Below, piece by piece: positions 52,979 to 64,000 of a stretch of DNA of 64,000 nucleotides (within the stretch, counting starts at the first letter, position 1; every line of letters begins with the position of its first letter). The translations under genes were made by a program, and so were the position numbers. The DNA comes from Octopus vulgaris (lineage: Eukaryota), in contig OX597826.1 in the NCBI GenBank assembly GCA_951406725.2, positions 57,474,001-57,538,000 on the forward strand. Reading direction: 5' to 3'. The notes beneath the pieces were generated by a model. It did not search any database and was not told the origin of the DNA. It worked only from the letters and a program-made list of their open reading frames with translations.

Positions 52979-54769
52979 AAGAGAGTGATAGAGTGTGTGT
53001 GTGTGTGCGTGTGTGTTTATATGATGTGGCTAAAAGACAAAATTAAATGAACAGAAAATACTTTTTGAGGCCTGTGATTTAAAATCTCTTTAATGTTACT
53101 TTATTCCTATATTATATTTCTTTACCAATTAAAAATCAAAGATGAATAAAAAAAATGGTGAAGGACAAAAAACAAACAGAAAACACAGACTTATCTATGG
53201 AGAAACTACGACTATTATAGTATATCAATACAAATACTATTCAGCAGTAAACACAGGACAATAAAAGTAAGGAATATAATGCTTGAAATTATGAGGATGA
53301 ACAAAAAATGAAGCTACACTTGTTGCCTAGTTTTGAACATATATTATTATACTGGTACACTTTAAATCCAGCTGTCCACACTGATATTACTGATTTGTAT
53401 TGTCTAGATATAAAGATCTGATTTTTTTTACAGAGATAAATGTGATGTAATATTCTAATGTTCATGGTATCAGTCAGCATAAATTAAATCAAAATTGCAG
53501 CGCTCGAGGATTAAAACTTGGTTGTGGTCTTCAACTGCTTTCCTCTGGTTCTCTGGTTCTAGTCACAGTTCTGTCTGACATATTGTGAAGGAATTTAAGA
53601 AATAAAAGGAAATGTTTTCAAATTATCACAAAGATAGATATAGATGCATTTTTTTTTTCCATTTATACCTATATATGAGCCTGTGAATAGCAACAATAAT
53701 ACATCATATTTTCTCGCCATCCTAACTCATATTGTGACATTATTATATAAAAGAATAAAAGTAAGAGTAAAAAGATATGAAATATCAGGTATTAATGTAT
53801 CACATAAAATATAAATTTGCCAATTTTATTTGAAAAGTATTCCTTCAAAACCAACATCCAGTCAATTCCAAAATATTCAATAAATAAAGGGAAAATTCTT
53901 AGACAATACCAGAGACAATTCGCCAATGTCACTAACTGGGAGAATAGATAATTCTAACCAAGGAATGAGTTTTATCAGTTGCTTCCTTATTATATTTTAT
54001 TATATTTTTTCTCTTTCCTTTAATTTATTTATTTTTCACTCAGCTACTTTTTCCTGAAGACAATTATTTCATTGTATGATCAGAGACTGGCTTCAATAGC
54101 TTACTGATAAACAAGGGACCAATAGATAGGCTGTTTTGGCAGACACTTTCTGCTTGATTGATCAACTCAACTGACATCCCTTTCCTAATGGCTTTTTCAG
54201 CCTGGCAATAATGGTTCTCTAACAAAAGCAATGCTCTTGTCAGATATCTGAGCCAGAAAATGTCTCTGATTAAGTGGACACATTTTGATACGACACTAAA
54301 TATAAGTGCCAATTGGTAATGGTAACAGTATTAATGAGAAAAAAATGGAAATGTGGTTACAAAAAAAGTGTCCAGATTATTAAATTCACAAACAATGACA
54401 GGTCTGTCAAACAGGCTGTGTGGACTGAAGTAACTATATCCGCATTGCCATTATTTGCAATGTCTATGCTGTTTCCGTTTTCTACACCCCCTCGATCTTC
54501 ATCCAATAAGTTCCTGCCAATTCTACTGGATATTAATACATAGCAAGCTGGCTATATCCCCAAAACAAACTGTAGTTCTTTTGAAGATAAAGCCTGTACT
54601 TATTTCAAGTGAAGTTCTAATAAGCAAAATGGGAATTGCAATGTATCAGGTGAAATAATGAAATGTCAGTACCTTGTTACAGACATAGAGTAACAGTGTT
54701 CAATGTACAATAACAAGTTGAAACAATATATGCATTAAAAAAAGCCATCCAAGTATCAGAGCAATGAGA

Positions 54770-56040
54770 ATAGTCTATCACAGAATGGAGTAGAATAAGC
54801 AGGTCTGTCATAGACAAAAGTAGATTGAACAGGTGTCTCACAGCAAAAAATAGATCAGATCCCTCTCTAGCAGAAAAAAATGTAGATAAGCTTCTTATAG
54901 ATAAACCATTTTGTTACCATTTTTCTTTTAATTTACGCTAGCTTTGTTTCAATTAATTTTGAAAATAATATAAAATTTAGGGAAATATCTTTTTATTAAG
55001 TGACTAGCCTAAAAGCAGCACTCCATGTGGACTTTTAAGCTAGCTCCTGTGAAGGGCTAATTGGGCTTGTGGCCCAAAACTAAATAGAGCTAAATAGCAC
55101 AACTATAATAAGTCTATAATGACTATATGCTCCGGTGGTGTTTGATAAAAGGTTAAGGACGGATGAGAATCAATTCTGTAATGCAATCATCCTATTGTTC
55201 CAGTCCCAATTTGAATTCCAAATGTTGTCCAATTTGTCTCAAAGTTCTTATCTCATCATAAAATTAATAAAGCGAATGTCATTTATCTCCCCCTTGATCT
55301 TTGACATCTTCTGACAAATGCCAACCAAGATGGTGTGAATCAGCCAAGCTTTACCTGCTAGAAATAGCAACCCAAATGCTTTTAAATCAGATGCCAATGC
55401 TGGATGCTAAAAAACCAAATGAAGGGCAGATTTTCAATCCTGGGATCATCCTGATTCCAAAAAGATATAATATGTCTTTGTAGAGCAAATATAGACTGAG
55501 ATACAGGGGTCCAGACAGACAGAATTTCATGTTTATTATTATAGATGAGATTATATTAAGCTGGTATTTGGATCATAAATTAACTTAAAATTTTGACAGA
55601 GGGATTTAATTCTGATCAGTTTAAAACAGGAAATTTGTATCAAAGAACAAAGAGTGGTCTTGGGCAGGTTGATATCAGAAGAATGAGTCATAGGATAAAG
55701 TAAAGAAGTCTCTCACAGACAAAAGTAGAGAGAACAAGTCTGTCAAACAATAAAGTAGGGTGAAATGGTCTCTTGTACATTAGATCAGAATGACAATAGA
55801 GGTCTTCCATAGATTGAATACAGAGTACAAATCTGTCAAAGAATAAAGTAGGATAAACAGGTATCATGTATACAAGACTGGAATGAACAGATCTTAACCA
55901 AAAGTGAAACGAACATATGTCATAGGTAAAATAAAAAGATAAAAATAAAAGCTGAACATGTTTCTCATAGATGTAAGTTGAATAAATATCTGTCTGATAT
56001 TAAAGGGGAATGTAAGTGTTTTATACACAAAGTAGACAAA
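54770..56040. repeat. Ancient degenerate ~30-bp minisatellite split by nested insertions
   Basis: Units like gtctgtcatagacaaaagtagattgaacag at 54770-54900 resume at 55686-56040. Confidence 0.65.
54903..55685. mobile_element. Degenerate MITE-like repeat interrupted by a ~550-bp insertion
   Basis: Left half taaaccattttgttacc..ttgtttcaattaattttgaaaataat and right half ctggtatttgg..aggttgatatcag are separated by 55001-55553, which is bounded by the direct repeat tattaag. Confidence 0.5.
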
Positions 56041-57621
56041 GTATTTCATATAACCAATTGTAGCTGGAATCACATATACATATGGCGAAGCAATAGGTCA
56101 AAGCATATAGATGACACAAAGACAAGTGTCCTGATATATCTAGTTACCTGAAACAGCACACAGAATAGGAAAATTGTGTGCTTTATTGATCAATAATAAC
56201 AATCATAACCAAGCACATAGAAAGTGGGTTATTTTTCGTGAATCATCAGTCAATTGTGAGAAGCAACTGTTGGCAGGCTGAAGGTGTACTGGAAAGATCT
56301 AACTGAATCAATAAAAAAAAATTTGCTTAGGCTGGAATGTTGACGATTGCAACTCGTTAGCTCTTTTTCATAGCTGCTGAGAATGTGAGCTTTGATTTCA
56401 CTAACCAAATATCAGTGTAGAAGAAAAAGAAATTATAGGGGCAGTTCTAGAATAAGCCAGACAATAGTTATACCAAATTGACTCATAAACTATAAACAAG
56501 TTTGGTAAACTAAATTATTCAGAAGCAAAGCTTATCATCTATTCTCTTGGTTATTTTTGTTCATTTCTATATATAATTTTTTTTCTTTTCATTTTGGAAA
56601 TCACAAACAGATTTTTTTTTTTTATGAAATTTTCGATCAATTAATCACCTGAGATGAAAATTTGTATTGAAACATGAGCAAAGAAATTTACTAAGATAAG
56701 AAATTACAATAATCAATGTGATATAGAATTGCTGGAAAAACAGAATAATAAAAAAAAAAAAGCAAAAGGAAAAGGAAAAAATCCAGCTTTTAGAATATCT
56801 AAGTCAAGAAGAAAACTTTTATTTCCAATCATTAAATATGGCTATTAAATTTGTCTCTAATAGATCAGTATGTCAGTATGAACTGATCGATACAGGAATA
56901 GACATCACAGTAGACATCAGAGTAGGTGAGAAATGGTTAAGTCTCAGTCAGCCATTTTAATTTCAGCCTTGATCATCTATCCATATATGAGGCTGCATTT
57001 TATATGGTATAGTATTCAAAGTTAGGAAAAAAAAAATACATTAAGAAAAAAAAAAAAGATTTAAGAAAATTAAATAAAACAATTTGTTCTTGCAGTCTAT
57101 GGACCCATATTTGTTCTCTTAAAATATATAAATATAACAGATAAAAATAGAACACATAAAACAAAGCTGGATTAAAAGAAATCACACATCACCAACAGCT
57201 TTTCAAATAAATTAATTACTATGCTTGCATGTGGTTCATTGTAAGGAGTAATTACGAGAGAATAGATACAAGAGATATATTCATGAGGTAAGAAGCTCCT
57301 TTCTAATTGGGTCTTCAAAGAGAATATGGATATTTACCAATTTGGATAAGAACAAAAGAGATTATAGATGAACAAACATTTTGGTGAAAGCCACGCAATT
57401 AAGAGATGGGTTTAACAAAACTACATGAAACAAAACGCATAACTTTTATTTCTAATGCTTTAAAAATATTTTTTCCCGTTAGTTTTCATCAATAATTCTC
57501 CATGTTTGTATGCGTTAGCAGGATGGAGGAATTTATGCATTTTCATGGCTAACAGGTACTTTTCACTTTCTTGTTATTTATAACACAACTGTGCTGGTAC
57601 TGCTGCAACACACAAACATAC

Positions 57622-57675
57622 CAGACTGCATCCCAGTAAGAGCTCAAAGAATTGTCATAGTGGTTTCATTTTCAG
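57622..57675 (-). other. Candidate non-coding (5'UTR) exon, 54 nt
   Basis: Long polypyrimidine tract ending ttctggcag|, donor CTG|gtatgt, stops in all three frames. Confidence 0.35.
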
Positions 57676-59404
57676 CTGCCAGAACACCAAAATGGAAAGA
57701 AAAAGACAAAAAACGAAAAAAAGAAAAAAGGAATATTTCTTTATTGAATTTTTCAAACAAGAAAAATACATTACCTAACATTTTCATAGCCACTACAGCT
57801 ATTTTAGTAACTTCTGCAGATTTTGAACTTTAAAAAAAAGTCATATAAAATACCTGGAGTGAGTACAAGTAGATTTTAAACACCATTTATACTGAGCAAC
57901 TAGGTTTATAGATTCATAAACAAGCAATAGAATTCAGTCTTTAACTCAAGATGATTCCACACCATGAGGTCTGTAAGAGGTTTTATAAGACACCTCTTAA
58001 ATGAAACATAATAAAAAAATAAAAGATTTAAAAATAAACATTAACCTATACAGTGACCAAAATCTTATTTCATTTTTCTCTTCTTTATAAAGAGAGGAGT
58101 TAATATCTCTGTAAGAGTTTTCACGTTTATTCATATATTTTAAAAGAAATATGTGTTTCTTTAATTATTTTTTTATTTTACTTTATATATATATATATAT
58201 ATATATTTATAAATGTATATATAATTCTTCCAGCTGACATACACCTACCACCCATATCTGATCAGTGGAAAGCATTGAAGAATAATTCCAAGCCAAAACT
58301 AAATCTTTTAACTACGATAGTGCATTTATGGCTGCAATATGCAAACGGAGATAATAACAAATCATTGTAACGAAATGTTTCCATTTTAAAAGCACTTAAG
58401 CTTGTAATGGAGGAAATATTTCTAGCTTAAGCTAAAACCAGAATCATTTGCAAAAGGAGAGAAGAAAGTAATCCACTTGTTCTAAATTGACAATTTCATT
58501 TCATTTACATAGAACTTCTGTATTTCTGCTTAAGGTCATACTAGATTATTAAAGAGAATAAAATAAAGGTGGATAGAATTCCAGGTAATTCCTCATAGTT
58601 AGAGCCATTAGCCAGTAGAAGCTGTGCTAATTCCTGTCTGTGGGTATTGAAACCGTAGGTCAATAACTTGATTCTTGAAAGAGCAACTGCATGATGTCAA
58701 GTATTTTCAAATTGAGAAATAGAGATTATCCAAAGATTTTAACTGATATCCAATAAATTTAAAACAGAACCCTTTAAGAAGAACCTACTGTAAATAAACC
58801 AATCAAAATGTAAATATTCACGTGCAAATATATTTACCTACATCCTTGCATGTATGATTGAGCATCTAAGCATCATGTGCATTGAATGGAGGATGGATAT
58901 GTTTGTGTGCTTTGTATGCATTATATTTCATGTATGCTGGGTTATGTGTGCATTGCATGTTTATGCATACATGTTTGTTAACTTGGAATAGTTGTGCATG
59001 TGTGTGCATTTTTCATGCTAATGTTTATGCAGATATGAGTGTATTTGGTACAGGTGTATGCAATGCTATACATGTTTGTACACATGTTTGTACCTGGCAT
59101 ACAAATTCATGCATATATTTCGTGTATGTGGGTAAATTATCTTATATAAAAAAAATGTCAACTAAACAGTCACATATTGAGTAAAGGGATTATTTTAAAT
59201 GATTGTTATATCATTGTCACAGAAAAGGCCTTGAATTTTGACTTTAAGCAATATATCTTGTGAATATGGATTTTAGAGGGGTGATTAGTAAATGTCTCTT
59301 TATTTAATTTTAGTTTTGTTTAGCTTAAAGTCAGCTCTGATCAAGCATACTAGGAATTTTAGCACCTTGCTTCATAGCTTCTGCTATATCATTAACTTTA
59401 TTCA

Positions 59405-59411
59405 TATGATA

Positions 59412-59466
<55 letters not shown>

Positions 59467-59478
59467 CGACGACGACAA
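59405..59478. repeat. (ATG)n/(ACG)n microsatellite
   Basis: Direct reading. Confidence 0.95.
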
Positions 59479-59494
59479 CACCTTAAATAAAAGT

Positions 59495-60290
59495 GAAGCT
59501 GCTAGTGAATTGGGATATTAAAGAAGACAGCAAAAAAAAGAGAAAAACAACCCTTGGTATGTCCTGGATTGATTGCCAAAAGGAATTTGAAAGTATCCCA
59601 AACTCTTAGGAGACATTTTAGTCAAAATGAATAACAACTATAGCATGACAAGGTAAAAAAAGATGTGAATTAAAGGCAGCCTAATCCCCATAAGATGTGG
59701 AATTTTATAGAGAAGTTCATTATCTCTGCTACTCTTTTATCTAGTCTTGTACTCTTAACAAGTCTGTTGAATGATACTACCAATGGTTATAGATGCTATG
59801 GACAGACTATAAATCATCTCCATCTATAATGGGATAAATTTAAAATATTTACAAGGGATAATGCCTAATAGGAAAACCTACTAAAATTTGATCATAAATT
59901 CTTCTAAGACATAAAACTAAGCAAGACATTAGAGAAATGTGTTAAAGCTACTAGAAGAGGCAAAGTCGTTAAAACTAAGAATTTAAAATTAAATACAGAT
60001 GCCCAAAATGAGAGAATTGGAGCAAAACCAGTGGTACAAATACTTAAGAATAAATGATACTGGTAAGATACAACAAAGAAATGAAGGAGAAAATTAGGAA
60101 AGAGTCCTACAGAAGAGTCAGAGTACTATAAAAAAGTGAACATGATGCTAGAAATAATATAATAGTTATAAATACACTTCACATCCTAATAAAATTACAA
60201 CTATAACAGAATAAACTAAAAGTGATTTACATTGTAGAGCTTAGACTGAGAAAACAGGAAACTAACAACATTCCAAAGCTACTACTGCAA
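59495..60290 (+). pseudogene. Decayed non-LTR retrotransposon reverse-transcriptase fragment (R4/Dong-like)
   Basis: Frameshifted blocks in order: KEDSKKKRKTTLGMSWIDCQKEFESIP (cf. NLSMAWIDYKKAFDSVPH), IRCGI..SLS.LLF, SLLNDTTNGY..GQTINHL..DKFKIF (cf. HLLYMDDLKL), LEKCVKA, YKYL, EMKEKIRKESYRRVR..KSEHDARNNIIVINTL. Confidence 0.85.
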
Positions 60291-60560
60291 AGAAAATGTA
60301 AAGTTAAAATACATCTACCCTGCACACAGTGAAGATTCCTCTGCATGCAATTCTATGGAATATCTGAAACAGTAGACTCTCTCCACATAACACATATACT
60401 CTATACAATCATCACCCAATAGAATAACACAGCTTACACAATATATAATTACTCTCAAATAATATTACACAATATATATTCCACCGAATCCACCAGCCTA
60501 TAACATAACGCAACACATTGACTTATATAATCCTGCCACCCTATTATAATATTAACAGCT

Positions 60561-60721
60561 CAGGAGAGGCTGTGTGGTAAGTAGCTTGGTAACCAACCAC
60601 ATGGTTCCGGGTTCAGTCCCACTGCTTGGCACCTTGGGCAAGTGTCTTCTGCTATAGCCCCGGGCCAACCAATGCCTTGTGAGTGGATTTGGTAGACAGA
60701 AACTGAAAGAAGCCCGTCGTA

Positions 60722-60770
<49 letters not shown>

Positions 60771-60983
60771 TTGTGTGTCTGTGTTTGTCCCCCCACCATT
60801 GCTTGACAACCGATGCTGGTGTGTTTACGTCTCCGTCAATTAGCGATTCGGCAAAAGAGACCAATAGAATAAGTACTGGGCTTACAAAGAATAAGTCCCG
60901 GGGTCGATTTGCTCGACTAAAGGCGGTGCTCCAGCATGGCTGCAGTCAAATGACTGAAACAAGTAAAAGAAAGAGTAAAAGAG
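60561..60983 (+). mobile_element. SINE family A, full length
   Basis: caggagaggctgtgtggtaag..ggttcagtccc..tail aaacaagtaaaagaaagag, flanked by a probable agctc duplication. Confidence 0.92.
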
Positions 60984-63353
60984 AGCTCACAGAACTCAAA
61001 TCTTATGGACTTTCCCACACTTGTTTATATAACACAACCAATGATGCACATTCTGTATACAATCACTAACACTAAAACACAAAACACCAATTGCATAGCA
61101 CATGGGAAAGATATACACTACCCCACAAAATAAAACAACTTGCATTGCATAAACTCCAGACCAATAGACAAAACACTTAAATAACACAAAAATCTGTATA
61201 ACAAATTCCACAACATAACAAGACTGATATAGTTTACAGACACCCAAAATTCAGTACTGCACACAACTCGGGAACACATAAGTACATATAGTACTGCAGC
61301 AGAAACTCATAAAAAAACAGTTGAAAAGATGATGATTAATAATTAATAATACGAAATATGATGTTATTCACTTACTCCATTCTTTGAATCAGCACTAAAT
61401 TTCTACAAGAAGGATTTTTAATCAGTTGTTAGGGTCATTTATAGCTCCGTAGATTTCTTATAAAGAATATCCAGTTTTGAAGGATTGTACTGTGATTCTC
61501 TATGATTGCCAAATCGTACACTTCTAATACCCAACAGTAGTGCCCCACCCCAAGGACATGGACAGACCTGCTATAATATTTAACTTACCTAACAAATATT
61601 AGCCATATTAAGCTAAGCATTGCACTAGGTCAACTGACAGGATTATTTGATAAAGCCATATATGGAATTTCTTTGATCTAAGCTGAGCTTTAAATATGGC
61701 TCCTTCTTAATTATGGAAGAATCAAGACTCTATATTAAATGCTATACACGTCTGAGCTACAACCCTCCTTTTGATATGACAACGACGTAAGATTAATATA
61801 ATACTAAGTGAACTGAACGTCATTTAGGGTGATGAAGGGATAGTGAGAAATGGCGGTGCTGGTGCAGAATTGAGAATATTCCCATTTCAGTCAAAAAAAA
61901 AAAAAAAATTTTTCTGATGAAAATATGAGAACAAATTATTAACACACCTAAACCTTTTAATGAGAAATATTTAATGGGAAGTAAAAAAAATAAAAAAATA
62001 AAAGAAGATACTAACAGCAAAGAGTTTCAATTAGAGAAAGAAAATAAAAGAAAAGAAAAAGAAAAATTAATTTGAAGCATAGAATTTGATATTCTGGAAC
62101 ATATATTTCAAAACACTGATATACATAGATAGACACATACAATCATATACTGTAAAGTTATGTTACATGGGTGTACATACACACACACACACATGCTGGA
62201 AAACTGAGATTTAAACTTTCCAAAATAGCAAAATAGGTATGATGTGGTTAGGTGAGGTGTGGTAGTAAAAAAGTCTATAATTGTCACTTTATATGTAATT
62301 TTCAAAATAAGTCATCCTCTCTACATCAACCATGTTTTAAAGCCTAAATTTTTCAAGGGTAATAAATAATTCCTGAAGAAGTTGCATCTAGTCTGAAGAA
62401 ATGGGAAATCTTTGGGGAGGAGAGGATAGGGAGGGAGGGAAAGGAGTTAGTAAGTAGTTTAGGGTTGGGAGTGGAGAGCTTAAATTTATAATGCAATTAG
62501 GGGGTGGAGAGAGAGAAGAGAGTACAATATGGGAGTAAAATAAATAGATGAAATAGATAAATAAGGATAGGGAGAAGACATGAGTGCAGATTGTAAATAA
62601 TAAGAAAGTGAAAGTGACTTGGAATAACAGCAATAAAGTATTAAGAAATTAGACGCATACATACTGAAAATAATAATAATATAAATTCATGTTTTCTCGA
62701 TCAGCTGTATGTATGTGTGAGTGTGTGTATGAATATGTGTGCATGTGTGTGTTCCTGAATACACACACATATATATATATACATACATATATACACACAA
62801 ATCTATTATATGCACAACACATACTTTCACACTGCACACAAATATGTGTGTAATTACTGTGTATATATGTATATAATAATATTAAGAAGAAAAAGGAGAA
62901 GAGTATATGAATATATGTATATTACATTGACACATATATACGTATTTCTAGTAATGAATACATAGGCATAAATATGTGTTTGTAAGGACAGATTAGAGAG
63001 AAAAACACACAGACACACACACACAAAGTAGCCATATACATACATACTCTTACACCAGAATGGCATTGTAAGCTATTCAACTAAAAATATCTTGTAGAAT
63101 CTACTGTGTATGATTGAAAAATGTTGGGTATAAAAGCATAAGGAAGCCACATTTCAAGGAATTGATGGGACAAGAGATGGGGCTGCAAGGAATTTCTAAA
63201 TTAAACTTGTCAGTGAAATATATTAGGTTTGTCATAATTTACCATCTTCTGTCAGTGACTGTCGTTTATCCCTATAATTAATTAGTTAGCAGATAGTCTA
63301 GGACTGGAGTTACCTCATGAATGTGTGTGTATGTATGTATATGTCTCAGTATA

Positions 63354-63391
<38 letters not shown>

Positions 63392-64000
63392 CATACATAC
63401 ACTCACATGCACACATACATACATATGCACACATGCACGCCTGAACGAGAAATAAATGACAGTTGGTATGTGGCTGGCTCAATGTCAATGTAGAAGAGCA
63501 TCAAGGAGAGAAATAGGGGAAAAAAGAGAGAGAGAGCGAAAGAAGGAATGAGAGAGGGGGGCGGAAGAGGAGGGCTCAGATGAGGAATGTGAAGAAGTGT
63601 AGGATGACAAAGGAAATTTCAGACAAACTCATAATAGAAAAATGAAGACAGGCAAGAAGAAAAGATAAAAAAGAACAAAAAAATACTTATATAGATGTTG
63701 AGATTAGTCATATATAAAAAAATATATAAGGGATAAATGAATCTCCATAGCTGGCTATTTTCTTCGTTTATTATTATCAATAAGGGCGGTGGTGGTGGTG
63801 GTGGTAGTGGTGGTGGTGGTAGTGAGTAGTAGTAGTAGTAGTAGTAGTAGTTTTAATTGTTTTTCTATTTAGTTTTGTTTTGTTTTGTTTCAAATTTGGA
63901 AATTAGGAAAAGACCTATTATAATATGAAACACACAAAACTGTGAAGTTGGTTAAGCTGGCTGTACACCAAGTTAATTATATGTTAACAGAACAGCAACA

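Noticed and set aside
62414-62510. G-quadruplex or telomere-like purine tract
   Set aside because: Irregular G-runs in low-complexity sequence and no tandem TTAGGG.
63400-63800. Promoter (GC box and ETS-like GGGGCGGAAG)
   Set aside because: Short motifs in purine-rich low-complexity DNA cannot be supported without TSS data.

Overview
AT-rich, microsatellite-dense eukaryotic DNA. The repeat content resembles an octopus/cephalopod genome, an inference from recalled SINE families rather than a search. None of the ORF-track entries is a credible complete gene; most are microsatellite or SINE read-throughs. The window looks like large introns of a minus-strand gene, with one well-supported coding exon (941-1055), a candidate ATG exon (43428-43583) whose phase matches it, and a candidate UTR exon (57622-57675). 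The rest is a layered mobile-element landscape: several tRNA-derived SINE families with swapped heads and tails, TTAA-flanked piggyBac-type MITEs in nested insertions, a Tc1/mariner transposase relic, an R4/Dong-like RT relic, and short elements in (TA)n that resemble Penelope termini. The best unexplained signal is a type-I hammerhead ribozyme core at 49650-49742 with a palindromic helix III and an unusually long helix II; two mutated minimal hammerheads lie on the opposite strand. Also notable are a 62-bp double-hairpin tandem array inside a retro-element, a close inverted SINE pair sharing variants (potential ADAR substrate), and a perfect 105-bp tandem duplication.
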